DNA from: Candidatus Bathyarchaeia archaeon
GTDB taxonomy: Archaea; Thermoproteota; Bathyarchaeia; Bathyarchaeales; Bathycorpusculaceae
Assembly (NCBI GenBank): GCA_038883715.1
Contig: JAVZLS010000002.1
Span: 64,001-128,000 of the forward strand
Length of the DNA stretch: 64,000 nt
Direction of reading: 5' to 3'
Positions 20,411-30,373 of the stretch are shown piece after piece (the stretch's first letter is position 1; each line of letters opens with the position of its first letter). The translations under genes were made by a program, and so were the position numbers. Under the pieces are notes generated by a model. It was given only the letters and a program-made list of their open reading frames with translations. It searched no databases and had not been told where the DNA came from.

Positions 20411-21337
20411 GTGATTTGGAGAAGAGCATACGTTATGTATGTTAAAACAAGAAAATTAGCTCTTATAGAGGGCATAACTGCTGGCATCCTCTTTGGGACC
20501 TCAGCTATCTTCATAAGGTATCTCCAAAATTTTGATGCCTTTTCCATAGCCTTCTGGCGATTAATCATCGCTTGCATCGTGCTGGCTGTAGGGCTCTTTG
20601 TGCCTAGAAAAGCTTTCAGCTTTAGCCTTGTTAGGAAAAATTTGGGAAATTTTTTCGTTCTCAGTCTTTTTCTAGGTTTGCACTTCATATTTTTCATATC
20701 CGCTGTTAAGGATACAACGATTTTAAATGCAACAGTTTTGGTTAACACAACCCCAATTTTTTCCCTAATTTTCTCAAGCCTATTCTATAAAGCTAAACCT
20801 TCAAGCCTCGCTGTTTTTGGCATAGCCTTATCTTTTGTTGGCGCGTGCATTATTGCCTCCGCTGAAACCCAAATGGCTGGTGCTTCACTAAATAGCTTCT
20901 CTCCAAGACTAAAGGGGGATTTAGAAGCCACATTAGCTGCTATACTTGAAGCCTGCTTCCTTACTTATGGAAGAAAGATAAGGGGGTGCATGGACATAAT
21001 CTCCATTATGCTTCCCATCTATTTTCTAACAGCGCTAATCGTAGGCGTGTTAGGATTGGCTGTCGCAAATAAAACTTTAGAGTCGCCGACAACGATAGAA
21101 AGTCTCCTTCCACTGGTTGGCTTAGGTGTCTTGCCAACGGCGGTAGCCCGCACTTTAGCTTTTTCTTCTCTCTCGGATCTAAAATCTTTTGAAACTGCAA
21201 CCATGGCTTTGCTGGAACCATTAGGGGCAACATCCCTAGGCATAGTTCTATTTGGCGAGTGGCCTCTCCCAATTTTTGCGGTGGGAACGGCATTGATTTT
21301 GGCTGGAATAGTCTTCGTTTCCAGAGGGGAAGGCTGA
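20411..21337 (+). CDS. DMT/EamA family transporter
   Basis: 10 TM segments, IAFWRL, NTTPIF, LLEPLGA; likely start ATG 20435. Confidence 0.88.
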   Translation: MIWRRAYVMYVKTRKLALIEGITAGILFGTSAIFIRYLQNFDAFSIAFWRLIIACIVLAVGLFVPRKAFSFSLVRKNLGNFFVLSLFLGLHFIFFISAVKDTTILNATVLVNTTPIFSLIFSSLFYKAKPSSLAVFGIALSFVGACIIASAETQMAGASLNSFSPRLKGDLEATLAAILEACFLTYGRKIRGCMDIISIMLPIYFLTALIVGVLGLAVANKTLESPTTIESLLPLVGLGVLPTAVARTLAFSSLSDLKSFETATMALLEPLGATSLGIVLFGEWPLPIFAVGTALILAGIVFVSRGEG

Positions 21338-21400
21338 AAGCTTTTACGAAACAGATAAAAGGCTTCACAATATATTGTGCAGAAAGCGGGTTGAAACCCA

Positions 21401-21796
21401 ATGGCGGCAAACGACAAGATATTGAAGGCTTTGGAATCCGCAACCAGCTACTTGGAAAAATCGGCTTCCGCGCTGAGCAGCGGAGACGAAAACTCCTTTA
21501 CAAAGCATTTTTGGCATGTTGCCGCAGAACTGGAATACGCCCTTTTCCTGTTCTCCCTAATTTTCCAAGAAGAGAATGTTGACAAGTCAAAGTGGAAGCC
21601 CAACCCAGACATGAAAAAGGATAATATCAATGGCGTTTTAGCCGAAGTTCGCAGCTTACTGGAAAACGCTAAAAAGTTTTTAACCAGCGGCAAGCTTTTA
21701 GACGCCTATAAGGGCATTTATGTGGCAAGACACTGTGTTTTCGCCGTTGAGGAGAATCTAGCCAAGAAAAAGCGTGAAAGCTCGAAAAATAAATAG
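21401..21796 (+). CDS. Hypothetical protein (helical)
   Basis: 131-aa ORF with ATG start; no recognised motif. Confidence 0.65.
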   Translation: MAANDKILKALESATSYLEKSASALSSGDENSFTKHFWHVAAELEYALFLFSLIFQEENVDKSKWKPNPDMKKDNINGVLAEVRSLLENAKKFLTSGKLLDAYKGIYVARHCVFAVEENLAKKKRESSKNK

Positions 21797-21800
21797 GCTA

Positions 21801-22094
21801 TTATTCTGGCAGCTTTCGCCCCTTAATCTTTAAGGCGCCTTCTTCCTCGCTTATAACCCTATAATATTCCTTAAGCTCGCTTTTATGTAGAAACTTTTTC
21901 AGAAGCACCCTCACGTACTGTTTTGGAAGGCTTTTCTCTTCGCTCTTCACTACAATATCATTTGTTAGGGTTTTAACTTCGGCGTTTGTCTTTTCTTTTA
22001 AGAATTCTGCCAGCTCTTTTACGATATCTCCGCCTTCAGCCTTAAGCTCAGACACATCAATTTTTATCTCAATCATTCCATCCCCCGCCTTCAT
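21801..22094 (-). CDS. rpl22e: Ribosomal protein eL22 (L22e)-like
   Basis: IKIDVS...LAEFLKEK...VVKSEEKSLPKQYVRVLLKKFLHKSELKEYYRVIS aligns by eye with the eukaryotic eL22 core (..[33 protein letters not shown]). Confidence 0.7.
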   Translation of the reverse strand: MKAGDGMIEIKIDVSELKAEGGDIVKELAEFLKEKTNAEVKTLTNDIVVKSEEKSLPKQYVRVLLKKFLHKSELKEYYRVISEEEGALKIKGRKLPE

Positions 22095-22100
22095 TCTGGT

Positions 22101-22760
22101 TTACTTTCTAACCATTATAACCCTAACTTGGTCACATGCATCCTCGCATGCGTCTGCAATCATTTCTAAGGCTTCAAAAAGTTGACCAACTAAAACGGCG
22201 ACTCCAGCCTTTTGGAGGTTCTCTTTTCCCAATAATGTTCTTGCCGTCTCGTGTAAGTCGTCAACTTTCTCCTCCTCCCTTTCCACGGCGTCTGCCGCTT
22301 GAAGGGCTTCTTCCGGCTTTGTTATTATCTTGTTTATGCACCTTTGGAGCATTATGGCACATTCCCTCACGCCTTTAGCCATCTCCACAAACTCTTTTTT
22401 GATAGAGGCTGGCACATGCTCCATGGGCGTGGCCATTAAAACCCTTGTTGATTCTCTGCTCCAGTCTGCGACCATGTCCACCCTCTTGACAAGGTGCATT
22501 ATGTCTTCTCTGGCTGTTGGCGGTAACTCACCTTTCGACACTTCATCCATAACTTTTCTGCGTAGGCTGTCCGCCTCTCTTTCGCCGCTGGCAATTCTCT
22601 CTACACAGTTTCTTAGGGTTTTTGGGTCGCCGTCCACTGCCGCCTTAACGGCTTTTTCCAAGTCCTCAACTATGCTTGTTGTTATGGCGAGGTGTTGCTG
22701 TATCATTGTTAGGGCTTTCGTCTCCCTGCGCTTTTCAAACCATTTTATTAGTTCACTCAA
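22101..22760 (-). CDS. DUF47 / PhoU-like phosphate transport regulator
   Basis: EREADSLRRKV...REDIMHLVKRVDMVAD; EEEKVDDL; ADACEDACD. Confidence 0.88.
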   Translation of the reverse strand: MSELIKWFEKRRETKALTMIQQHLAITTSIVEDLEKAVKAAVDGDPKTLRNCVERIASGEREADSLRRKVMDEVSKGELPPTAREDIMHLVKRVDMVADWSRESTRVLMATPMEHVPASIKKEFVEMAKGVRECAIMLQRCINKIITKPEEALQAADAVEREEEKVDDLHETARTLLGKENLQKAGVAVLVGQLFEALEMIADACEDACDQVRVIMVRK

Positions 22761-23856
22761 CAGCCAACTCCTCCCTTAAGCCTAACTCCGGATAAGCGAA
22801 CAAGTGGGCGCTTTCCGGTTGGAAACTTAAGGTAACCTTTTCCCCTATATTAAGCCATTCACAAGCCATGGAAGGCGTAACGACAACTACTAAATCTTGA
22901 TTTTCAAGCCTAACCTCGTACCTTACATTTGTTCCTTCAAAGGCAAACCTTTCAACAACACCCAACATGGCATTTTCATCCGCGTCCTTCCCCCGCTTAA
23001 TGGTAAAAGTTTCTGGTCTGACGGCTAAAACCACTCTTTCACCCTTACTCATGCCTTTATTGACCGCTTGAACTTTTATGCCTCCTCGAAGCTCAATAAC
23101 AGCCATCCGCCCCCTCGTTTCCGCTATGAAGCCTTCCAAAAAGTTTGAACCTCCAATGAAATTTGCCACAAAAATGCTCTGGGGGTTCATGTAAAGCTCT
23201 CGAGGCGTCCCCACTTGTAGGACCTTTCCCTTCTTCATAACGGCTATTCTGTCTGATATTGCCATAGCCTCCGACTGGTCATGGGTTACATGTATGGCGG
23301 TTAACTCCAAATCCTTAGTCATGCGTCTAATCTCATATCTAAGCTCATTTCTAACCTTAGCGTCCAAATGCCCTAAAGGCTCGTCTAAAAGTAGCAGTTT
23401 TGCACCAGCAGCAAGTGCCCTTGCAACGGCCACCCTCTGCATCATTCCGCCACTTAACTCGCTTGGAAAAGCATCTAACCGCTCATGGAGTCTAACCATT
23501 TCCAAAACTTCATGTCCTATCCTTTCGGCTTTCTGCATGTCAAAACCCTTAACCCTTGGACCATAAGTGACGTTTTCCCAAGCGTTCATGTGGGGAAACA
23601 GCGCAAAAGTCTGAAAGACAAAGCCCACATCGCGGTCTTCAGGCGGGACATCATTCACAAGCCTATCGCCAATGTATATTTCGCCTTCGTCAGGCTCTAT
23701 CAATCCAGCAATAAGCCTAAGTAAAGTGGTCTTTCCACAACCGCTCGGTCCAAGAATTGAGAAATACTCCTTATCCTTTATGTGGAGGCTGACGTTGTCG
23801 ACAGCCACAATTTTTCCAAACTTTTTCGTGACATTAACCAAGCGCACGTCTGGCAT
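22753..23856 (-). CDS. ABC transporter ATP-binding subunit (PotA/FbpC/CysA class, TOBE domain)
   Basis: GPSGCGKTT, LSGGMMQRVA, LLLDEP, HVTHDQSEA. Confidence 0.93.
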   Translation of the reverse strand: MPDVRLVNVTKKFGKIVAVDNVSLHIKDKEYFSILGPSGCGKTTLLRLIAGLIEPDEGEIYIGDRLVNDVPPEDRDVGFVFQTFALFPHMNAWENVTYGPRVKGFDMQKAERIGHEVLEMVRLHERLDAFPSELSGGMMQRVAVARALAAGAKLLLLDEPLGHLDAKVRNELRYEIRRMTKDLELTAIHVTHDQSEAMAISDRIAVMKKGKVLQVGTPRELYMNPQSIFVANFIGGSNFLEGFIAETRGRMAVIELRGGIKVQAVNKGMSKGERVVLAVRPETFTIKRGKDADENAMLGVVERFAFEGTNVRYEVRLENQDLVVVVTPSMACEWLNIGEKVTLSFQPESAHLFAYPELGLREELAVE

Positions 23857-23858
23857 GC

Positions 23859-25550
23859 CTAGTACCTTCCCTTACCCTTAACGATAAGCCTTAAGGCTAA
23901 TAGGATTATGAAGGAGATTAATATTAAGAAACCGCAACCCAAACCAATCTCCAAAAATTTATCATAACTTTTAGTTTTCATCCATTCCCTAACCCATTCT
24001 ACAAGAAATACGGGGGCGGTCTGAAGCTGTCGGGTGACGGCCAGTGTGGCACCAGTTTCACTTACGCTTCTTGTGAAGACCATTATAGCACCAGAAAGCA
24101 TTGAATATTTAGTCAAGGGGAATATTATTGTTCTGAACACGCTTAAGGGTTTAGCCCCCAAGGTTCTTGACGCTTCCTCCAGCTCTATGCTTATCCTCTC
24201 GATGGCTGCTGACATAGATCTTACAAAATATGGGTAGGTTATGGCCAAATGTGCGAAAATGAGAAGCAAAATGTCCGGTATGAAAGCCAAAGTCCCCCAG
24301 AAAAATCCAAGAGAAACGCCTAAAGCCGCTGATGGGATAATTATTGGGATGTCGATAAGCACGTTTAAGGCTGATGAAGTTTTTCCAAGACGTTTTCGTG
24401 CGACAATTATTGCCATTGGCAAGCCTATAAGGACATTTAAGACTGTTACGACGGCCCCAAGGGAATATGAAAGAACGAGGCTTTGCCAATACCTTCCCCA
24501 AGAATTAACCCCTGAAAGAGCGGTACATATTAAACCTGCTGACGCAGCTTTGAAAGCCGGTAGAGCTGCAAAAAGTGATGGAATTAGCACGATGATAAAG
24601 AAGATAAAGAGCGTGATGCCATTTCTTATTAGAACCGCAGAGGAATAGCTTATTTTCCTCTCAACTGTTGGCCAAGCCCTTTTGAATGGCAGTTTCAGTT
24701 TACCTCCAAGAACGCGTACTGCAGCAAAAATTAGGCATGAAATAACAATAAGAATAAGGCTCACAAAAACTGTTGCACCGACATAAACATCTTTCGTGTT
24801 CTGGATAAATATAGGGCCGTTTTCAAATAGTATTTGACCAGTTTCAATGGACGTGGCAACCATCATGGTTGCCCCTGTTTCCGAAATGGACCTTGCAAAA
24901 GCCAAAATAAAAGCCGCAATCAAGGAAGGGTTTATAATTCCGAAAGTAACCGTTCTGGCAGTTGTGAAGGGTGGCGCGCCTAAGGTTCTCGATGCTTGTT
25001 CATATTCGATCTTATAATCCAGCAAAGCGCCAACAATCACCCTCACAACGACCGGATACGAGAATGTGAAATGCAGTAATGCAACAAGAAGCCAGCCTGG
25101 CGAAACAAGAGAGCCGCCAAAAAGTGCTGAGATTCCTTCGGGCTTGTACCAGAACAAAAGAAGCGAATAGCCGAGCACGGCTGTCGGCACGATAAAAGGG
25201 ACGTCTGCAAGCGTGTCGAGAACGTTTATCCATTTGGATTTGCTTCGGGCTATGAGCCAAGCCATTGGAATGCCGGCAGCTACATCCAAAATCGAAACCA
25301 AAACAGCCATGACAAAGGAATTTTTCACAGCGTCTAATGCCCGATTCATAAGTTGGCTGTCGCCAAAAATTTCCTGCATCGAGCCCCACTTAATTACTAT
25401 ACCTAAAATTGGCGGAATCAAAATTAGGGCGAAAAAGAGTATTACCGCGACTAAATAAACTCCATATTTGACAGTTGGCTTTGAGGAAAGCCTATCAAGC
25501 TTCTCCGTGAATTTTTTGGGCAAACTTACCAGCCTAAATCCGCTCGGCAA
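23859..25550 (-). CDS. ABC transporter permease with two fused BPD_transp_1 domains (FbpB/ThiP class)
   Basis: Two EAA loops (EQASRTLGA, EEASRTLGA) and two RS(I/V)SETGAT motifs. Confidence 0.9.
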   Translation of the reverse strand: MPSGFRLVSLPKKFTEKLDRLSSKPTVKYGVYLVAVILFFALILIPPILGIVIKWGSMQEIFGDSQLMNRALDAVKNSFVMAVLVSILDVAAGIPMAWLIARSKSKWINVLDTLADVPFIVPTAVLGYSLLLFWYKPEGISALFGGSLVSPGWLLVALLHFTFSYPVVVRVIVGALLDYKIEYEQASRTLGAPPFTTARTVTFGIINPSLIAAFILAFARSISETGATMMVATSIETGQILFENGPIFIQNTKDVYVGATVFVSLILIVISCLIFAAVRVLGGKLKLPFKRAWPTVERKISYSSAVLIRNGITLFIFFIIVLIPSLFAALPAFKAASAGLICTALSGVNSWGRYWQSLVLSYSLGAVVTVLNVLIGLPMAIIVARKRLGKTSSALNVLIDIPIIIPSAALGVSLGFFWGTLAFIPDILLLIFAHLAITYPYFVRSMSAAIERISIELEEASRTLGAKPLSVFRTIIFPLTKYSMLSGAIMVFTRSVSETGATLAVTRQLQTAPVFLVEWVREWMKTKSYDKFLEIGLGCGFLILISFIILLALRLIVKGKGRY

Positions 25551-25687
25551 ACTAACATGCTTCTTTTTTCATTTGCAAAATTTGCTGATAAGCTTTCCGT
25601 ATAAGGGCAAATGTTTCATCTTGTTCAATTATGAAAATTATGAAAATAAGGAAAAAATTATAAAAATTGGGAGATGTTGCCCTTAAT

Positions 25688-26368
25688 TTAACCATTTTTG
25701 GATTTGCGTTTAGTGTAGATTATGGCTGTTGATACTATGGCTATTGCCACGGCTGTTGAGATGCATATAGACATGATTTCTATTGGCAGGTTTGGCGGTG
25801 ATAGCGGGTTTGATGATGACGTTCCTTGCCAAATGTTTGTGCTGGTTGCTTTAAAAGTAGCTGACATGGAGCCTTGAGTTAAAGTTACTTCCACAATGAT
25901 TCCTGTTTCCTTGTCCCAGCAGTAGCTGAACTGCATGTCTCCTTGTGTTAGGCTTGCGTAGACAACGGTTCTGCTTGCTCCGGCATAAGTTCCTGTTTTT
26001 TCACCAGCAATGGTTACGCTGCTTCCTTCTACCGCTGGAATGATATCTCCGGTCCTTAAGTTTGCTGGTATAAGTGCTTGGAAAGTCGCGTTTCCAGTGC
26101 CGCTTGCAACGTCCCACGTCATGATTTCAGTCTGTTCTGCTCCATTGCTGAAGTGTGTTGTCACGCGTAACGTTGCAACTGTTCCCGCTGCTGATAGGCA
26201 TTCCACTTTAACCCATTGGATAAACTCGCTTGGCAAATTGTTGCCCGAAACATATTCGCATTTTATCCAGTCATCTGCTTTAACGCCTAACTGCGCGGTA
26301 GCGTAAACTGAACCTAAACAGAGTAGAAAAAGGATGATGATTGTTCCCAGAGCAACTGCCTTACTCAT
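25688..26368 (-). CDS. Secreted protein with C-terminal membrane anchor
   Basis: Signal peptide, beta-rich body (GVKADDWIKCEY...WDKETGII), C-terminal TM + KRKSK. Confidence 0.75.
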   Translation of the reverse strand: MSKAVALGTIIILFLLCLGSVYATAQLGVKADDWIKCEYVSGNNLPSEFIQWVKVECLSAAGTVATLRVTTHFSNGAEQTEIMTWDVASGTGNATFQALIPANLRTGDIIPAVEGSSVTIAGEKTGTYAGASRTVVYASLTQGDMQFSYCWDKETGIIVEVTLTQGSMSATFKATSTNIWQGTSSSNPLSPPNLPIEIMSICISTAVAIAIVSTAIIYTKRKSKNG

Positions 26369-26384
26369 AGCGTTGACCCTCCCA

Positions 26385-28199
26385 TCATCCTCGTTTCACG
26401 ATCATTGCGGCTATCACAGATGCAACCGCTACGATGGCAACCGACAATATCAGCCACCAGTAGCTTAATATGCCCGTAAAGTCAAAGCCGCCACCACCGG
26501 CTGCGCCACCGCCGCCGCTTAAATGCGCTGCTAACTGGTGGTAGCTGTGGTGGTATTGCACGTAGATTTGAGCGTATCCGCCAGCCTGACTTATCTGAAA
26601 GTCTATGGGCTGATCGTCTAATGTCACTTTTACGGCTGAAAGCGAACTAATCATTTCAACTGGTATGGTGATGTTGGCTATTCCCGTTGTTCCGTCTGGA
26701 CCGCCAACGTTTACGCTTAAAGTCATGCTTGTAGAGTTGAAGACCACGCCAAGCACAGAAGAGTTTGTTGAAACGTACATTCTCTTGTTTCGCCACTCTA
26801 GCTGCATGCGAATCCAACCTTCCGGCAAAACGGAGATGAAAGCGTTCAAACCAGTCGCTGCAGCCTCATGACCATCATCTATGCCGTCACCATCCGTATC
26901 CCTTCTTATGGGGTCTGTCCGGAAAACTTTGATTTCAACACCGTCGCTGAGTCCATCCCCATCAGTATCTGGATTTAATAGATTTAACGGGTAAGTTCCA
27001 ACACCAGCCCGCTTTATGTTAAACTCATGCTCTTCCAAGTTGGTCAACCCGTCATTGTCATAGTCTTTGTAGATGTCTGTTGGATCCAGTGGGTTAAAGT
27101 ATCCACAGAAAATTTCTTCGCGGTCAGATAGGCCGTCTCCGTCGCTGTCCGGGTTGGAGGATATTGGAAGGCTTAAGTCTATAAGATATGGAACGTCTCT
27201 TATTGTTTTAATGAAGGCGGCTATGGAATCGTTGAGGGGCGACCATGTCCAACATTTGGCGCCATAAAAAATCGTGTGTTTGTTGCTTCCATCAACATTT
27301 ATAGCTGTGATGTTACTACTATCCCACCAAATATTATATGGATGGTAATCATATCTTCCTCCATAATTAACTTCCGTGTATGTTAGCATTGTTCCATTCG
27401 GCGCCCAATTTAAATGCATTGCAATGTTGTTTTCTGAGATATCAGCAATCTTGGTTAGGTTGGTTCCATCGGAGTTAATTATCCAAACGCCAGTGTACGT
27501 TGTGAAGGCTATCTTGTCGTTTGATGGAGAAAACCTAACGCTAAACATCTGGTTATCTGTCCCCTCAAGTTCCAGAACCAGTGATCTCTCGCTTGTTTCG
27601 AGGTTGACTTTCCAAATGCGACTGAAATGGGTGTAGGGATATGTAGAATGGTTCTCTGCAAATTCTGTGTAAAGTAATGTTGTGCCATCCCTTGATAAGT
27701 CAAAGAATGTGGGTACGCATGAGGAGCAACTATTAACGTAGGTTATGAAAGTTGGATTGGTACCATCCAAGTTCTTTGAATATATTGCGGAAGAAGGAGC
27801 AAATACATAGCTGGCGTTGATGTAGAATATTTTTGAATCGTCTGGCGAAATAACAAAATTATCAAACACGCCTTGACCGCTATAGCCCCACAGATTACAA
27901 GAGTCACTAATCGGCGACCAAGTGCTTGCGTTAATTACCACAAAACGGTCAGAACCAGCTATTAATAGTATCTCTCCAGAAGGGGACCATGCGATGCTTG
28001 TTGCGATCATGCCTCCAGAATTCCACATGATATGTCCATCTTCTGTTTGCCATACTTGAGGCGCAGGCCAATAAATGATCCTTGGATTGGCATTAACGGT
28101 AGATTCAGCTGCGTTTGAAAGAGGGATTCTGCAAAGTCCAAACATTGTTGAAGCAAGGATAAAGGTTATTGCGGCGATAGACAATGATCTTTTTAACAT
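26385..28199 (-). CDS. Surface protein: TolB/WD40-like beta-propeller + TSP3-like Ca-binding repeats + C-terminal domain + TM anchor
   Basis: WSPSG/ISPDD/FSPSN/WAPNG repeats; DSDGDGLSD, DYDNDGLTN, DTDGDGLSD, DTDGDGIDD; Gly linker and TM. Confidence 0.82.
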   Translation of the reverse strand: MLKRSLSIAAITFILASTMFGLCRIPLSNAAESTVNANPRIIYWPAPQVWQTEDGHIMWNSGGMIATSIAWSPSGEILLIAGSDRFVVINASTWSPISDSCNLWGYSGQGVFDNFVISPDDSKIFYINASYVFAPSSAIYSKNLDGTNPTFITYVNSCSSCVPTFFDLSRDGTTLLYTEFAENHSTYPYTHFSRIWKVNLETSERSLVLELEGTDNQMFSVRFSPSNDKIAFTTYTGVWIINSDGTNLTKIADISENNIAMHLNWAPNGTMLTYTEVNYGGRYDYHPYNIWWDSSNITAINVDGSNKHTIFYGAKCWTWSPLNDSIAAFIKTIRDVPYLIDLSLPISSNPDSDGDGLSDREEIFCGYFNPLDPTDIYKDYDNDGLTNLEEHEFNIKRAGVGTYPLNLLNPDTDGDGLSDGVEIKVFRTDPIRRDTDGDGIDDGHEAAATGLNAFISVLPEGWIRMQLEWRNKRMYVSTNSSVLGVVFNSTSMTLSVNVGGPDGTTGIANITIPVEMISSLSAVKVTLDDQPIDFQISQAGGYAQIYVQYHHSYHQLAAHLSGGGGAAGGGGFDFTGILSYWWLILSVAIVAVASVIAAMIVKRG

Positions 28200-28459
28200 G
28201 ATGTTTCCCTCATACTTTTAGTGTTTATTACGAAAGCATACTCTAAAAGACTTACGCACAACAAATTCTAAAAATTCATCAAAATTTCAACTAAACTTCA
28301 TGCAACATTCTGAACATATTGCAAAGATCCGACGTCACACAACAAATTTTTATGTGTCAGTTCGCCCGTCGAGTCATATCACAGCTTATGCCAAAGCTCT
28401 ATTGACTCTCCAGCTCATCATCCAAAATTAAAATGTAAATAATCCAATTTAAGGCTTAT

Positions 28460-28849
28460 TTAGGTATCCTTTTTCTTTCGCCTTCTTAATAAATCCAAAT
28501 ATTCTTTCATTGATTTTTCAATATCCCATCTAAATCCAAGCTCTCCAAAGGTTGCATTCCACCAGCTTATAAATCTCTTTAAAGAAATCTTCACAAAAAG
28601 CATGAAAGTGGCCGTCGGAATAATTAATACCAATAAAATGTTCAGTGGAAACCTAAAAGTCGCGATAAAATATAAGCTTAGCAAAAACTCCCCTACCAAA
28701 AATATTGGCACTAAAATTCCCCAGAAAATGCCACCAGCCCCCTCAAGGAAGTCTGTTCCCGGAATTTTCAAAATTAACCTATAAAACCATGGCAAGTCTT
28801 TCTCTTCAATACGCCTCAATTCGTCTTCCTTTTCTTTCATGGAAACCAT
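28460..28849 (-). CDS. Small 2-TM membrane protein
   Basis: Two hydrophobic helices, basic C-terminus; resembles 48871..49275. Confidence 0.7.
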   Translation of the reverse strand: MVSMKEKEDELRRIEEKDLPWFYRLILKIPGTDFLEGAGGIFWGILVPIFLVGEFLLSLYFIATFRFPLNILLVLIIPTATFMLFVKISLKRFISWWNATFGELGFRWDIEKSMKEYLDLLRRRKKKDT

Positions 28850-28924
28850 ACACTTTAACGATTTTGTAAGACTTAAGCTTTACATTGAAAATATGCTGGA
28901 ATGGGACACTGCTTTTACCCCGGG

Positions 28925-29740
28925 CTAGCCTTCCACAACTCCAATCTTAGTTACTGACAGTCCCCTTCTTTCCAATTCATGGATAAAAGGGTTTATCCCC
29001 AGCGAGTCGCTAGCAATATGCCCGGTCACTATCAAGTTGCCTTTACCCTCCGCCTTCAGTTTTTCCAGGTCCGATGGGCTTATGTGAATGTAAATTAGCG
29101 TGTTGACACCGTGCTCAAAGTACGTTTTAGCAATTTCATACCCTCCGTTAGTGGCTGCCGCATGGGAAACAACAACTTTTCCAGCCTTGTTTTCAACTTT
29201 TCCAAGGCAAACACTGACTTTTGTAAGGGAGTTTCTGAATTCCGGAAGCCCCATCAAGGCGGAAACCACATCTCCAACCGTAGAGTCTTCTCCCACTTTT
29301 TTGTTGATCTGCTCAACCATCCGTTTTCTCCCAATCTCGTCTAAAGGCATATGTATATTCATAAAGGGTATCTTCAAAAGCCTTGCAAAATCCACGGCAT
29401 GAGCATAATTTCGAGCATGTGCTTCTACACTCAATTGTTCAAATTTCCTTTTTACAGCCATTTCAGCCTTTTCCAGTGGAACACCAGCGTCCACCATCTG
29501 CTGAACATGCCTCATAAAAACCCTTGGAAAGCCAAGAATAGCTGATCCGCCAGCCGGGTGATGAGCTATGACGACGTCGTAGCCTAGCTGCTTGGCAAGT
29601 AGAAGCTCTACTGGTCCAGCATCTATGCAGAACAAGACTCGCCGGATGTTTTCGCCTTCAATGTAGATGGTGCTGTCCTCTGGGATTTCAGTTAAACCAG
29701 CAAGCTTTAGGGCTAACTCCATAATCTCTTCAGCGTTCAA
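28925..29740 (-). CDS. NIF3-like dinuclear metal-centre protein
   Basis: VLFCID, VIAHHP, NIHMPLD, GHIASDSLG. Confidence 0.8.
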   Translation of the reverse strand: MNAEEIMELALKLAGLTEIPEDSTIYIEGENIRRVLFCIDAGPVELLLAKQLGYDVVIAHHPAGGSAILGFPRVFMRHVQQMVDAGVPLEKAEMAVKRKFEQLSVEAHARNYAHAVDFARLLKIPFMNIHMPLDEIGRKRMVEQINKKVGEDSTVGDVVSALMGLPEFRNSLTKVSVCLGKVENKAGKVVVSHAAATNGGYEIAKTYFEHGVNTLIYIHISPSDLEKLKAEGKGNLIVTGHIASDSLGINPFIHELERRGLSVTKIGVVEG

Positions 29741-29851
29741 GGACTCACTCTCCTTTAGGAACCAGATAATTTTTCTAGCTATCTATTTATGAGTTCTGCA
29801 AAATTTTATCAATCTACAGCCCAAAATAATCAGTTGTGGACGCGTGACGTT

Positions 29852-30373
29852 ATGGACGTTTTCGAAGCCATAAAAGGAAGACGCAGCATAAGAGCCTTCA
29901 AAGATGCTGACATTTCAACTGAAACCGTTGAGAAACTCATTGACGCCGCTAGATGGGCTCCCTCCGCTGGGAATATCCAGCCATGGGAGTTCATAGTTGT
30001 CCGTAACCCAGAAACTAAAAAGCGGCTGGCTGAAGCTGCGTTAGGGCAATCCTTCATCGAGGAGGCGCCAGTCGTAATTGTTGTATGCGCAGATGAGGAG
30101 CGTTCTGCAAGAGGCTATGGCGCACGTGGAAGAACCCTTTACTGCATACAGGACACGGCTGCAGCCATACAAAACATTCATTTGGCAGCCTACGCAATAG
30201 GTTTGGGCACGTGCTGGATTGGAGCCTTCAGAGAAGAGGAAGCAAGAAAAATCCTGCAAGTTCCAGAAGGCGTAAGACCAGTAGCCATGATACCAGTTGG
30301 CTACCCGGCTGAGTCTCCACCGCTGAGGAGTAGGCGACCCTTAAAGCAGATAATCCATTATGAAAAGTTTTAG
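29852..30373 (+). CDS. Nitroreductase family protein
   Basis: MDVFEAIKGRRSIRAF, APSAGNIQPWEF, GLGTCWIG; ATG 29852 preferred over 29789. Confidence 0.93.
   Translation: MDVFEAIKGRRSIRAFKDADISTETVEKLIDAARWAPSAGNIQPWEFIVVRNPETKKRLAEAALGQSFIEEAPVVIVVCADEERSARGYGARGRTLYCIQDTAAAIQNIHLAAYAIGLGTCWIGAFREEEARKILQVPEGVRPVAMIPVGYPAESPPLRSRRPLKQIIHYEKF

Noticed and set aside
26860-27155. DxDGDG repeats as additional dockerins
   Set aside because: They follow the DxDGDGLxDxxE TSP3-like pattern and lack the DxxD-helix duplication of dockerins. The same applies to DANGDGIGD in the beta-helix proteins and the acidic M14 insert.
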